The notes: a model not told the origin generated them from the sequence alone. 64,000 bases of DNA from Gemmatimonadota bacterium (GCA_025360995.1 JANYBD010000056.1:2996-66995), one strand, 5' to 3'. Counted from the first letter of the stretch, positions 8,375 to 18,521 are shown. Made by a program: numbers and translations.

Positions 8375-9964
8375 TCACCGAACCACCTGCTTCAGTATAT
8401 GCCCATCGAGTTTTTCCATCGGCGTGATATGCAAGATCGCCGCAAGTGTCGGTGCCATGTCCACGGTGCGTACCATCGTCGAATATTGTCCGCGCTTCAC
8501 GCCAGCACCCCAAAAGAGGATCGGCACGTTGGCGTCCGGATCGTTTGGCGATCCGTGCGTTGCATAGGTCTTCGATAGCCAATAACTGTATGGCGTGAGT
8601 GAGACGATCAACCGCGCTGGCCCATCGGGCGTGAACATATGCAACCAGCGCCGTGCGATGGTATCGTGAACGGTGTCCGCTTTGGCAATCGTCGTGATGA
8701 GATCGGCACGTTGCACGCCTTGAAGCCGAAGCACCTCTACACCAAAGCCGGCAAACGCCGAGTCGGCATTCACACCGGCTTTCGTGAATACGTCCTGTTT
8801 GTTCAAGAACACAACGCCATCGTCGAGTGCGAGAGCGGTGCTGTCGACACCCAAGGCCTTGAGCCGCATCAGAAAATTCTGCCAGATCACATCGACCGGA
8901 ACGATTTTCGCTTCACCATTCGGATAGTTCGGCGATTTGAGTGTCGGAAACGGACTCATGCCGTGATCGCCCGTTAGTGCGACGACATACCGTCCTTTCC
9001 CTACTCTGGCGTCGAGCGAATCGAGAAACGCACCGAGAAGCACATCGAGACGAAGGATGTGATCGTGTAATTCTTTCGAGTCGGGTCCGAAGCGGTGTCC
9101 AATGGCGTCGAGCGTCGAAAACGAGACGGCCAAGAGGTCTGTGCGCGATCGGCTTTCACCCAATTGCATTTCTCGCGCACCGGCCAGGACAAATGCCGCG
9201 GTCATCTCATCCATCCATGGAAACTCGACGAACGTTCTGGTCGCCGACGAATCGCGGAACTGATGCGGGAAATAGTAGTCGTGGCCATTGTTTTCGATGG
9301 CAACGCTGTCGGGCTCCCGATAAGCGGCTGACTCCCTGAGCGGAGTCCACGCGGTGCCAATGTGCGATTGAACAATCTTTTGCGCGTTAAAGCGTTGCAC
9401 CCATGTGGGCAGCGTATCTGCGTAGTAACGGCTCGTCGTGAATGTTCCGTTCGATGATGCGTACCAATAGACGTCCGCTTTCGTCCGACCGATCGGCAGG
9501 ATTGCACCGCGATCTTTCCGGGATGCAGATAGCACGCGCGTCGCCGGATCGGCGGTGCGCATCCAATCGGTGAGTGTTGTACCGATAAATCGCGCCGGCG
9601 ACGCACCGAGATCGGCCGCGCCAATTAACGGTACGCCGCGCTGGTTCACGCCCTGACTGTTCATCACAATTCCGGTGTGCACCGGAAACCGGCCCGACAT
9701 GACCGACGCATGGCCGGGTGCTGTTTCGGTGATACCATGATCTTGAAAGCCCTGTGCGAAGAAGGCCCCGCCATCATGCAAGCGTTTCAGTCCGCCGGAG
9801 AGTTGCTTGCCAAAGCGTGCGAAATAATCCGCACGCATCTGATCAATAGTGATAAACACAACCAATGCGGGCGGTGCGCCGTGCGTTTGCCGTGGCGCCT
9901 GCGCCGCTGCATTGACCGTGAGGAGACCCACCGCTAGCGTGACGATCCGAATTTGGTGACGCAT
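8375..9964 (-). CDS. Alkaline phosphatase-superfamily phosphodiesterase / nucleotide pyrophosphatase, secreted
   Basis: Signal peptide MRHQIRIVTLAVGLLTVNAAAQA, plus the metal-site motifs ITIDQMRADY and LTGDHGM. Confidence 0.8.
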   Translation of the reverse strand: MRHQIRIVTLAVGLLTVNAAAQAPRQTHGAPPALVVFITIDQMRADYFARFGKQLSGGLKRLHDGGAFFAQGFQDHGITETAPGHASVMSGRFPVHTGIVMNSQGVNQRGVPLIGAADLGASPARFIGTTLTDWMRTADPATRVLSASRKDRGAILPIGRTKADVYWYASSNGTFTTSRYYADTLPTWVQRFNAQKIVQSHIGTAWTPLRESAAYREPDSVAIENNGHDYYFPHQFRDSSATRTFVEFPWMDEMTAAFVLAGAREMQLGESRSRTDLLAVSFSTLDAIGHRFGPDSKELHDHILRLDVLLGAFLDSLDARVGKGRYVVALTGDHGMSPFPTLKSPNYPNGEAKIVPVDVIWQNFLMRLKALGVDSTALALDDGVVFLNKQDVFTKAGVNADSAFAGFGVEVLRLQGVQRADLITTIAKADTVHDTIARRWLHMFTPDGPARLIVSLTPYSYWLSKTYATHGSPNDPDANVPILFWGAGVKRGQYSTMVRTVDMAPTLAAILHITPMEKLDGHILKQVVR

Positions 9965-10089
9965 GAAAATTGGTGACCGTTTAAGTAGGTAATGAACCGG
10001 CTACATCGCTTGCGGAACGATGAAGGGGCGCCCCAGCGACCCGCTAGAGGCACCCCATCAGAAAACCTGCTCCAGCCAACATAACCGCC

Positions 10090-11277
10090 CTAGCCGACCG
10101 CCTCGGACAATAGCTTGACTCCCCGCTCCAGTTCAGCCCGTTCCATCACTAGTGGCGGGAGGAGGCGCAGCGTGTGGTCCCCGGCAGAGCAGATCAACAA
10201 GCCAAGGTCAAGTGCTCGGGCCACGATGTCTTTCGCCGGATCAACGACATCAATCCCCCACATATAACCGATCCCCCGCACCGCCCGAATTTTCGGTGAG
10301 GCAGCGGCCAATTGCTGCAGTGCCTCTCCGAGCCAGGCGCCGTTAATTGAGACGCTTGCCAGCAATCCTGGATCGCTCAGCCGGTCGAACACGTGCAGAG
10401 CCACGGACGATACAAACGGTCCGCCACCGAACGTTGTCCCATGGTCGCCGGGCTGCAACGTCTGCCCGATAGCTTGCGTGGCGAGTATCGCACCCATCGG
10501 CAAACCTCCAGCCATTGGCTTCGCAACGGTGAGTACGTCGGGTGTGAATCCGAGTTGTTCGTGTGCGAAAAAGGTGCCGGTGCGCCCATATCCGCATTGA
10601 ATCTCATCGAGAATCAGGGCGATGCCGCGGGTGCGGGTCATTTCGCGAAGAGCGCGTAGAAATTCACCGTCAAGCACCCGCACTCCACCCTCACCCTGCA
10701 CCGGTTCAACGATCACCGCCGCAACGGTCTCGGCATTCAACGCCGCGTCGATTTCTCCCAGATCGCGTTCGATGATGGAAATGCCGCCGGCGAGGGGACG
10801 AAATGGCGCGCGATACGATGGACGGTCCGTGGCAGCCAATGTGCCAAACAACCGCCCGTGAAACGCGCCCCGCAACGCGATAATCTCATGTTTCGCGGTC
10901 CCGCCCGTCGTACGCGCCCATCGCCGAACCATCTTGAATGCGCCTTCATTTGCTTCAGCACCCGAGTTGCAAAAGAACACCCGATCGGCAAAGGTCCGTT
11001 CAATAAGTTTTTCCGCCAACCGTTCCCCTGGTGCCGTGCGATAGAGGTTCGACACGTGCACGAGACCGCCATCAATCGCCTCGCGCATCGCACGTTCCAG
11101 GCCAGCGTCACTGTACCCCAATGCATTGACAGCAATGCCGGCAACAAAATCGAGATAGGCTCGCCCGTCTGCATCAAACAATTCGACACCGGCTCCGCGC
11201 ACGAACTCCATGGGCGCGCGACGGTACACGCCAAGCAACGCATCCGAGGCGGGAGGAGCAGAGGTCGCCGGCGTCAT
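10090..11277 (-). CDS. argD: Acetylornithine aminotransferase
   Basis: Class III PLP aminotransferase ([29 protein letters not shown]) in arg gene context. Confidence 0.9.
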   Translation of the reverse strand: MTPATSAPPASDALLGVYRRAPMEFVRGAGVELFDADGRAYLDFVAGIAVNALGYSDAGLERAMREAIDGGLVHVSNLYRTAPGERLAEKLIERTFADRVFFCNSGAEANEGAFKMVRRWARTTGGTAKHEIIALRGAFHGRLFGTLAATDRPSYRAPFRPLAGGISIIERDLGEIDAALNAETVAAVIVEPVQGEGGVRVLDGEFLRALREMTRTRGIALILDEIQCGYGRTGTFFAHEQLGFTPDVLTVAKPMAGGLPMGAILATQAIGQTLQPGDHGTTFGGGPFVSSVALHVFDRLSDPGLLASVSINGAWLGEALQQLAAASPKIRAVRGIGYMWGIDVVDPAKDIVARALDLGLLICSAGDHTLRLLPPLVMERAELERGVKLLSEAVG

Positions 11278-12059
11278 ATTGCACCTCGAGTCGCTGGAAG
11301 TGAAAGCACAAGTTGTGTTCCGACGGCACGATCCGTGATACCGTCAAGGGCCGATATTCGAACCGCTGCAACACCACCTCGCAGCGCGGCAAGTCCTGCT
11401 TCGAGCTTCGCCACCATTCCGCCCGCAGCAACGCCACGTGCGATAAGCCCTTGGATGCCAGTCGCGTCGAGCCGGGGGATCACTGCCCCGTCTTCGATCA
11501 CGCCGGGTACATCAGCGACGAGCACGAGTTCATCGGCACCAAGTGACGACGCAAGCGCCGCCGCCGCATCGTCCCCATTCACGTTAAGTCCGGCGCCCGC
11601 CGAATCACCGCCATCCCGTGCCAATGGGGATATCACCGGAACGAAACCGGCGCCGAAGAGCAGTCGCACGATGGTCGCATCAACGGTGACCGCACCACCC
11701 ACGCGTCCCATGATTGCACCATTCGTCACGTGGGCAGTGAACAAGAGCCCGTCCTCTCCGGAGATACCAACCGCACGTGTGCCATGTGACACCAGGGCGG
11801 CCACCAGACGTTTGTTGATGGTCCCGGAAAGCACCATGCGAACTATTTCCAAATCTTCAGTGCTGGTCACACGCCGGCCATTCCGAAACTGCGGCTCCAG
11901 TCCCAGTCGCCGTTGCAACGCCGACACTTCGTCTCCGCCGCCGTGCACAATACACAGCGCGTTGCCGGCGCCTAACGCGGCCTGTGCAGCGGCAGCGAGC
12001 GTCGACGACAAATGCGGATCATCTTGTGCGCGACCGCCAATCTTCACCACTCGCGTCAC
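11274..12059 (-). CDS. argB: Acetylglutamate kinase
   Basis: Contains VVKIGG and HGGG motifs. It overlaps argD and argC by 4 nt each. Confidence 0.9.
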   Translation of the reverse strand: MTRVVKIGGRAQDDPHLSSTLAAAAQAALGAGNALCIVHGGGDEVSALQRRLGLEPQFRNGRRVTSTEDLEIVRMVLSGTINKRLVAALVSHGTRAVGISGEDGLLFTAHVTNGAIMGRVGGAVTVDATIVRLLFGAGFVPVISPLARDGGDSAGAGLNVNGDDAAAALASSLGADELVLVADVPGVIEDGAVIPRLDATGIQGLIARGVAAGGMVAKLEAGLAALRGGVAAVRISALDGITDRAVGTQLVLSLPATRGAI

Positions 12060-13015
12060 GTTGGGAGCCCTAGCGTCTCGTCGAATCCAAGCATCAGATT
12101 CGCATTCTGCATGGCCTGTCCGGCGGCACCTTTCATCAGATTATCAATAGCCGATAGCACGAGCAGCGTCGGGCGACGCACTTGTTCCACTGGCATCACG
12201 GTGATGCGCGCCACGTTGCGATGATTCACGTGACGCAACTCCGGGAGATCTGCGACGACCTCGATGAATGGTTCGCCCGCAAACCGCTTCCTGTAGAGTG
12301 CCAGCGGGTCAGCGATCGCGTGCGAGAGCGGCACGGTGATCGTCGCCAAAATTCCGCGTGCGACGGGTAGCAGGTGCGGCGTGAACAATACATCGGCGTC
12401 ACAAGACAATTCGCCGAGCACGGCTCGCATTTCATTCAGATGGCGGTGCGTATTGCCGGCGGCGTAAGCGCGAAAATTTTCCGTGACCTCGCCGAACAAC
12501 AGATCCGTGCGTGCGCTCAACCCCGCACCTGTCACGCCACTCGCGGCGCTCACACTAATCGTCGCACCGCGCTCAACATGCTCTCCCTCAAGGAGGGGCA
12601 GGAGGCCGAGCAGGATCGCCGTCGCATAGCAGCCAGGATTGGCGACCACACTTGCACCACGCACGGATTCGCGTCGCAGCTCCGTCAATCCGTACGGAAT
12701 GTTGTCGTCGTTCCCGACGCGAAGATCCGACGACAGGTCTACAACCTTGGCGCCGGCCGCGCACGATTTTTCGACCCATACCTTTGACGCACCGTGCGGC
12801 ATGGCACTGAAGACGAGTTCGGCGTCACCGAGCGGCGCATCGTCCGTGGCGATAAACGTGACCGTGCGTCCACCGTTGAGTTCCACAGTTTTCCCGCGCT
12901 GTTCATTAGCGGTGGCAAAAGCCAAGGACATCCGAGGATGCTGAGCGATGAGCGCACACAGCTCGCGGCCGGCATAGCCGCTTGCTCCGAGCACCCCAAT
13001 TGGTGTTCTATGCAT
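12056..13015 (-). CDS. argC: N-acetyl-gamma-glutamyl-phosphate reductase
   Basis: Contains GASGYAG and the catalytic NPGCYAT motif. Confidence 0.9.
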   Translation of the reverse strand: MHRTPIGVLGASGYAGRELCALIAQHPRMSLAFATANEQRGKTVELNGGRTVTFIATDDAPLGDAELVFSAMPHGASKVWVEKSCAAGAKVVDLSSDLRVGNDDNIPYGLTELRRESVRGASVVANPGCYATAILLGLLPLLEGEHVERGATISVSAASGVTGAGLSARTDLLFGEVTENFRAYAAGNTHRHLNEMRAVLGELSCDADVLFTPHLLPVARGILATITVPLSHAIADPLALYRKRFAGEPFIEVVADLPELRHVNHRNVARITVMPVEQVRRPTLLVLSAIDNLMKGAAGQAMQNANLMLGFDETLGLPT

Positions 13016-13028
13016 TGTTTAATGCATA
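13009..13028. promoter_or_regulatory. ARG-box-like palindrome TATGCATT-GTTT-AATGCATA
   Basis: Perfect 8-bp arms read directly. It overlaps the argC start codon and lies in the argC/argR divergent region. The TGCAT..ATGCA type resembles ARG boxes of GC-rich bacteria. Confidence 0.5.
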
Positions 13029-13113
13029 AGTTCTCACTCAGTCACTGTCAACTGTGCCTTACCTTCGGCGTACCGTTGGGCTATCCTCTGCGTGACCCGA
13101 GGAGACCACGCGA

Positions 13114-13569
13114 ATGAACAAGCAGGAACGGCAAAGGGTGATTCAGGAACTGATCGCCACACGTCCAATAGGCAGCCAGGAAGAACTGAGACAACTGCTC
13201 GCCGAACGGGGACTGGACGTCACGCAATCCACGCTGTCCCGCGACATGCGAGACCTCCGCATCGCCAGAATTCCTTCGCCCGCCGGCATTCGCTACACTT
13301 CCGCCGTCGCGGCGTCCGCCGACGAAGGACGCGCCACCCTGGCGTCAATTTTTCCGCAACTCTTCGCGCGACTCGACGTCGTGGGCGAGCTAATCGTCGT
13401 CAAAACCGTCGTCGCCGGCGCACAACCAATCGCCGAAGCAATCGATTCCGAAGGCAATCCTGACGTTCTCGGTACAATCGCGGGTGAAAACACCATCCTC
13501 CTGATCTGCCGCTCCGAAGCCGCTCGCGAACGCATCGCCAAGCGCCTTCTCGCCCTCGCGAAACGGTAG
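13114..13569 (+). CDS. argR: Arginine repressor
   Basis: 151 aa. N-terminal wHTH (SQEEL...L...G..VTQSTLSRDMRDL) and a C-terminal oligomerisation/arginine-binding domain (GTIAGENTILLI). Confidence 0.9.
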   Translation: MNKQERQRVIQELIATRPIGSQEELRQLLAERGLDVTQSTLSRDMRDLRIARIPSPAGIRYTSAVAASADEGRATLASIFPQLFARLDVVGELIVVKTVVAGAQPIAEAIDSEGNPDVLGTIAGENTILLICRSEAARERIAKRLLALAKR

Positions 13570-13676
13570 TTTCTGGCAGCGAAAACCGTTCCCTTGCGAA
13601 CGCATATTTATGTGGTTAATTTGCGGAGCCGGTTCCCACACAAATTCAGATCCCGACCGAAGGAGCTTTCCTTAAG

Positions 13677-14885
13677 ATGCGTACCATCGCGCTCGCCTAT
13701 TCCGGCGGCCTCGACACCTCAATTATCGTGCCCTGGTTGCGCGAACATTACGACGCAAAAGTCGTCTGCGTCGCGGCCGACATTGGCCAGGGAGAAGAAG
13801 AACTCAACGGCGTTGTCGAAAAGGCAATTGCCTCGGGTGCATCAGAGTGTTTCGTGGAAGATCTGCGGCAGGAGTATGTCCGCGATTTTATTTGGCCCAC
13901 GCTCCGCGCTGGTGCGATCTATAATCGCAAATACCTGCTCGGTACTTCAATGGCCCGGCCGTTGATTGCCAAAAAGCAGGTCGAAGTGGCCCGGCGTGTT
14001 GGTGCCGATGCGCTTTCGCACGGCTGCACCGGCAAGGGGAACGACCAAGTTCGCTTCGAACTCACATATATGGCATTCGCGCCGGATCTTCCGGTGATCG
14101 CACCGTGGCGGATGTGGGACATTAAAAGTCGCGAAGATGCGCTGGCCTATGCGGCAGCACACCACGTCCCCGTCTCCGCTACTACCGCCAAGATCTATTC
14201 TCGCGACCGAAACATCTGGCACATTTCGCACGAAGGCGGAGTGCTTGAGGATCCCAACAGCGTGCCGCCGAAAGATCTGTTTATGTTGACGACCGACCCC
14301 AGCGACGCACCAGCCACGCCGGAAGATGTCACAATCGGATTTGAAAGTGGCACACCGGTCACGGTGAACGGGATCGCGCTCGATCCCGTCGCATTGCTCA
14401 CCGTACTCAATGAGATTGGCGGCAAGCACGGCGTTGGTCGCGCCGATATCGTCGAAGACCGGTTGGTGGGAATGAAATCCCGAGGCGTTTACGAAACGCC
14501 CGGTGGTACCCTGCTCTACACGGCGCACAGCGAACTCGAAATGCTCGTGCTCGATCGCCGCACACTCGCCGCGAAAGATCTCATTGCGCCCCGCTACGCC
14601 GATCTCGTATATGAAGGACGCTGGTGGACCACGGAGCGCGAGGCGTATGATGCGTTCGTGAACATCACGCAACTGCGCGTGACCGGCACCATCACGTTGC
14701 GACTCTGCCGTGGTACCGTCACTATCGCCGGTCGTCAGAGCGATCAGGCACTCTACGACGAGCGCTTCGTCACCTTTGGCGAAGACGATGTGTATGAGCA
14801 AAGCGATGCCGCGGGATTCATTCGCCTCTTCGGACTCTCGCAACGCGTGCGCGCATTGAAAGATCTCGAGCTCGCCAAGCGATGA
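13677..14885 (+). CDS. argG: Argininosuccinate synthase
   Basis: AYSGGLDTS P-loop-like motif, 402 aa. Confidence 0.95.
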   Translation: MRTIALAYSGGLDTSIIVPWLREHYDAKVVCVAADIGQGEEELNGVVEKAIASGASECFVEDLRQEYVRDFIWPTLRAGAIYNRKYLLGTSMARPLIAKKQVEVARRVGADALSHGCTGKGNDQVRFELTYMAFAPDLPVIAPWRMWDIKSREDALAYAAAHHVPVSATTAKIYSRDRNIWHISHEGGVLEDPNSVPPKDLFMLTTDPSDAPATPEDVTIGFESGTPVTVNGIALDPVALLTVLNEIGGKHGVGRADIVEDRLVGMKSRGVYETPGGTLLYTAHSELEMLVLDRRTLAAKDLIAPRYADLVYEGRWWTTEREAYDAFVNITQLRVTGTITLRLCRGTVTIAGRQSDQALYDERFVTFGEDDVYEQSDAAGFIRLFGLSQRVRALKDLELAKR

Positions 14886-16285
14886 GCGACGGCAGCGTCG
14901 ACGGCGAAGCCAATGCACACAAACTTTGGGGAGGACGCTTTGCCGGCGGCCCTCACCCCGCCCTCGACGCTGTCAATCGATCGATTGGCGTTGATTTTCG
15001 TCTCTGGCCATTTGATATCCGCCTCTCGAAAGCTTGGGCCGCCGCCCTCGTCAAGGCATCGGTCCTCACGCCCGATGAATGCCGTCGCATTGTCACCGGT
15101 CTTGATGCGGTCGCAAACAGAATAAGCGCTGGCGAAAAACCCATCGCCACCGATGAAGATGTGCACACTATGATCGATCGGCTCTTGCATGCCGAGTCGG
15201 GCGATGTCGCGTCACGGTTGCACACGGGCCGTAGCCGCAACGACCAAGTCGCGACGGCCACGCGACTTTGGACGATAGACGCCATCGCGAGAATCGACGG
15301 ACTGGTGCAAACACTTCAACGCGCCATCATCACACAAGCCGAATCGATCGAAAGCGTGATCATGCCTGCGTATACACATTTGCAGCGGGCGCAGCCAGTG
15401 AGCGGTGCGCACTGGATGTTGTCACATTTCTGGCCGCTCGAGCGTGACCGCGCCCGTTTCGTTGCGGCCGGGCGCGCCGCCAACGTATTGCCACTCGGCT
15501 CTGGCGCCATCGCCGGATCCGCGTTCGCCGTTGATCGATCGAGCATTCAAGCCGAGCTCGGCTTTGCGGCGTTGTCGGCCAATAGCATCGACGCCGTCGG
15601 CGACCGGGATTTTGTTGCGGATACGCTTTTCGCTCTTACCATGTTGGGCGCACACCTCTCGCGACTCGCCGAAGATTTGATCCTGTTCGGATCGAGCGAG
15701 TTTGGTTTTGTTCGCTATGGAGATGCGTTCTCAACCGGCTCGTCTATGATGCCGCAGAAAAGAAATCCCGATGCCCTGGAACTCGCGCGTGGTTCCGGCG
15801 CACGAGTCTTGGGCGACCTTGTCGCATTGCTCGCGACCATTAAGGGATTGCCAAGCGGCTACAACAAGGATTTGCAAGAAGACAAGCGTTCGCTGTTCGA
15901 CGCGGTGGACGCAATGGTCTTATTGTTGCCCGCCGTTGCGGGTTCATTGGAAACGTTGACCTTCAATGCGACGCGAATGCGCCACGCGGTCACGAGCACG
16001 ATGATGGCAACTGACTTGGCTGACTACCTCGTCCGCAAACACGTGACATTCCGAGACGCGCATGGAGCGGTCGGATCATTAGTGCGACAGGCGGAGGAGC
16101 AGGGCGTTGAACTCACCGGCCTGCCGTTCTCGGCATTTCAGCAGGCACATCCGCAGTTTGAACGCGATGTTCTTGAAGAACTATCCGCCGAAAAATCAAT
16201 TGCGCATCGCGAAATTGCTGGCGGCACAGGAGCGCATGCGGTGCGGGCCCAGCTGGAAGCCGCGAAGCGCACGCTCTCCTTCTGA
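14882..16285 (+). CDS. argH: Argininosuccinate lyase
   Basis: Fumarate-lyase signature GSSMMPQKRNPD. It overlaps argG by 4 nt. Confidence 0.95.
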   Translation: MSDGSVDGEANAHKLWGGRFAGGPHPALDAVNRSIGVDFRLWPFDIRLSKAWAAALVKASVLTPDECRRIVTGLDAVANRISAGEKPIATDEDVHTMIDRLLHAESGDVASRLHTGRSRNDQVATATRLWTIDAIARIDGLVQTLQRAIITQAESIESVIMPAYTHLQRAQPVSGAHWMLSHFWPLERDRARFVAAGRAANVLPLGSGAIAGSAFAVDRSSIQAELGFAALSANSIDAVGDRDFVADTLFALTMLGAHLSRLAEDLILFGSSEFGFVRYGDAFSTGSSMMPQKRNPDALELARGSGARVLGDLVALLATIKGLPSGYNKDLQEDKRSLFDAVDAMVLLLPAVAGSLETLTFNATRMRHAVTSTMMATDLADYLVRKHVTFRDAHGAVGSLVRQAEEQGVELTGLPFSAFQQAHPQFERDVLEELSAEKSIAHREIAGGTGAHAVRAQLEAAKRTLSF

Positions 16286-16302
16286 ACCAATCGGTATCGT
16301 AG

Positions 16303-16677
16303 TCAACGCCCCCGAACAATCTTGTGCGCGGCGGTGACATCGGCCTCGATCCGGTTGCACATGATCTCACACAGCTTGAGCACGTCGGCATCGGCGAGTG
16401 CGTAATACACGAACAGGCCATCACGGCGCCGTTTCACAAACCCCTTCGCGTGCAGTTGTTGTAAGTGCTTAGACAGGTTTCCTTGGCCCATGCCGGTCGT
16501 TCCGACAAGCTCGGACACAGTCCGTTCGCCACCCTCCAGCACATGTAAAAGTTGTAGTCGGGCGGGCTCAGCCAGCGCGCGAAAACGTTCGGCCACGACG
16601 GTCAATAGTTCCGGTGTCGATTCCCGTCGAACTCGAGTGTTAGAGCGGGGTTGCATTGCAGTAGGGATCTCCCTCAT
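16303..16677 (-). CDS. ArsR/SmtB-family transcriptional regulator with a C-terminal CxxxC pair
   Basis: ArsR HTH (ALAEPARLQLLHVLEGGERTVSELV...GMGQGNLSKHL). The only cysteines are Cys103 and Cys107 (LCEIMC). It is the last gene of the sulfur operon. Confidence 0.85.
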   Translation of the reverse strand: MREIPTAMQPRSNTRVRRESTPELLTVVAERFRALAEPARLQLLHVLEGGERTVSELVGTTGMGQGNLSKHLQQLHAKGFVKRRRDGLFVYYALADADVLKLCEIMCNRIEADVTAAHKIVRGR

Positions 16678-16763
16678 CGTGTTGCGGGCTTATTGACCGT
16701 CGCGGAGCAGAATGCTTGAGTGCACATGCTGGCCAAGAGTTTATTGCCAGGCGTAAAGGCGAG

Positions 16764-17303
16764 TCAGAAAGCCTTCTTTGAAGTGAAATTCGTTGGCAAC
16801 AACGTGATCACCACTGCGAAAATTGCGCCAAGCACCAGCGCGACGACGACTGCCGGCAGATGTAGCACGTCGGCTAACGTTATCTTGCCAAGATCCATCA
16901 ATGTGTTCATGGGCGCGATGATCGTCGCGTACACCAGAGTAAAAACCAGCGCGCCGACGACGCCGCCGAGGACAGCCCAAATGGCATCCTTGCGCCCTTC
17001 GCCGAGTCCGACAACGCATGTGCCGGGGCAGTAACCGCCGATACCGAATCCGACACCGAAGACCAGCCCACCGACTAGCACGCCAACGACATACGTCGGT
17101 TTGATATCAAAGTGCATGGGAACCGCGAGGTTGAGCAGGTAGACGAGCACCATCCCAACAGCAATTGTCGTCGCCATGAATTTGATGATCGAGATGTTCT
17201 CGAGTCGCAAGTTCTGCGCAATAACACCGGGGCTCGAGGCACGGACGCGCTGAATCAACACGCCCATCGCGACGCCCACGAGCAAGGCATAGAGACCGGT
17301 CAT
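16764..17303 (-). CDS. YeeE/YedE-family sulfur-compound transporter, half-size subunit
   Basis: 179 aa, polytopic, with a GGYCPGTC motif. Confidence 0.8.
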   Translation of the reverse strand: MTGLYALLVGVAMGVLIQRVRASSPGVIAQNLRLENISIIKFMATTIAVGMVLVYLLNLAVPMHFDIKPTYVVGVLVGGLVFGVGFGIGGYCPGTCVVGLGEGRKDAIWAVLGGVVGALVFTLVYATIIAPMNTLMDLGKITLADVLHLPAVVVALVLGAIFAVVITLLPTNFTSKKAF

Positions 17304-17304
17304 T

Positions 17305-17844
17305 TTAGTTCCCTCCCTTTTTCAGCAACTTCGCGGTGCCAATGCCGGTCGCGAACACACCGGCACCGAAAATCATCCCGCTCACTGAAAGCTGGGTAAT
17401 GCCCGAAATAATGTGCCCACTTGTGCAGCCGCCGGCGATGCGCGCACCGAAAACAATGAGTACGCCGCCGATGAAAGCATCACGATAGCGCGCTCCTGAG
17501 GACTTCTCTCCGGAATGCACCATCTCTAGCGCCGGCTTCTGTTCGCGATTCAGCAAAGCAGCGAGAAAACCGCCGATGAGGAGTCCGACCACTAGGTATG
17601 TCTCGGGCTTTAACAAGGAGCCCATCTTTACGAGATAGGGATTGGCTGACGCGTACGCCGGCGAAACAACGCGCAAAACTGCGCCGACAAACCGCGGGTA
17701 GGTGCCGCTGACGCCGATCGGCCCCCAGAGAAGAATGGATGCCGCGCTGACGAGTCCAAACAGGATGCCAAATTTCGCCCACGGCGGAATCGGCGTCGAG
17801 CCCGTCGACACTACTGGTAACGCTTGGGTGGTGGAAAAAGCCAT
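17305..17844 (-). CDS. YeeE/YedE-family sulfur-compound transporter, half-size subunit
   Basis: 179 aa, polytopic, with a GGCTSGH motif. It is separated by 1 nt from its partner gene. Confidence 0.8.
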   Translation of the reverse strand: MAFSTTQALPVVSTGSTPIPPWAKFGILFGLVSAASILLWGPIGVSGTYPRFVGAVLRVVSPAYASANPYLVKMGSLLKPETYLVVGLLIGGFLAALLNREQKPALEMVHSGEKSSGARYRDAFIGGVLIVFGARIAGGCTSGHIISGITQLSVSGMIFGAGVFATGIGTAKLLKKGGN

Positions 17845-17903
17845 CTAGCCCTCCTCGGAACGGTGGAATCGATGCCGGTAGCCGATGTGGGTCCGGCACA
17901 ACG

Positions 17904-18521
17904 TCACTTCACTTCGTTACCGCCGCGACGATTGTCGCGCACGAACTTGTTATGGTATGGCATCTTTACGTGCATTAAGGACGCCGAATCGAGGATGACA
18001 TCCTTGGAAATCACCTGATTCGCAGCGAGGAGGAACGCGGTGAGCGCGTAGACCTCGGCGTTGGTGAGCGATCCTGGCGCGGTGTGTGGCATGGCACGCC
18101 GCACGTAATCGAATACGGTCGTCGCTTCCGGCCAGTAATTGCCAATCGTTCGCGTAATTCTCCAATCGCTTGCGAACGGAAAGCCTTCGCCTTTCGGGTC
18201 GCGTCCCACGAGGGCCGGAAACATCGGTGGCATTCCCTGCCCCTGTGCCGCATGGCAACTCGCACACTTCTGTGCGAAAAGTGTAGCGCCTTCGGCGGTG
18301 GTACCGTGGCCCGGTGGGAGACCGTGTCCGTCAGGAGCCACATCTATATCAAGCACCGCCACCTCAACGGAAGATGCGGCGCGCCCCAGCCCGTAGCGCG
18401 TCACAAGTGGACGCGCTCCGCTTACAGCGCCGCCGTGATCGCGCGTACAGGCAACCAATGTGAGCAGGAGCGCACCGGACGCGACCCATGTCAACGCCCG
18501 CGGCATTTCAACTCTCCCCAT
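17904..18521 (-). CDS. Monoheme cytochrome c subunit of sulfite dehydrogenase (SoxD/SorB-like)
   Basis: One CASCH heme motif and a signal peptide. It overlaps the 3' end of the Mo-subunit gene by 14 nt. Confidence 0.7.
   Translation of the reverse strand: MGRVEMPRALTWVASGALLLTLVACTRDHGGAVSGARPLVTRYGLGRAASSVEVAVLDIDVAPDGHGLPPGHGTTAEGATLFAQKCASCHAAQGQGMPPMFPALVGRDPKGEGFPFASDWRITRTIGNYWPEATTVFDYVRRAMPHTAPGSLTNAEVYALTAFLLAANQVISKDVILDSASLMHVKMPYHNKFVRDNRRGGNEVK

Noticed and set aside
10858-12150. 430-aa ORF on the plus strand across argD/argB. Similar long antisense ORFs occur at 13947-14918, 18460-19251, 18698-19348, 25569-26300 and 34032-34676.
   Set aside because: Each lies antisense to a gene with unmistakable family motifs (argD/argB, argG, soxC-like, Wzz-like, hisN). 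The translations are Arg/Ala/Ser/Pro-rich low-complexity sequence, typical of stop-poor antisense frames in GC-rich DNA.
13611-13676. 21-codon ORF (MWLICGAGSHTNSDPDRRSFP) upstream of argG, considered as a possible arginine leader peptide.
   Set aside because: It has only two Arg codons, no following terminator hairpin, and its stop overlaps the argG RBS region. That is not convincing for an attenuator.
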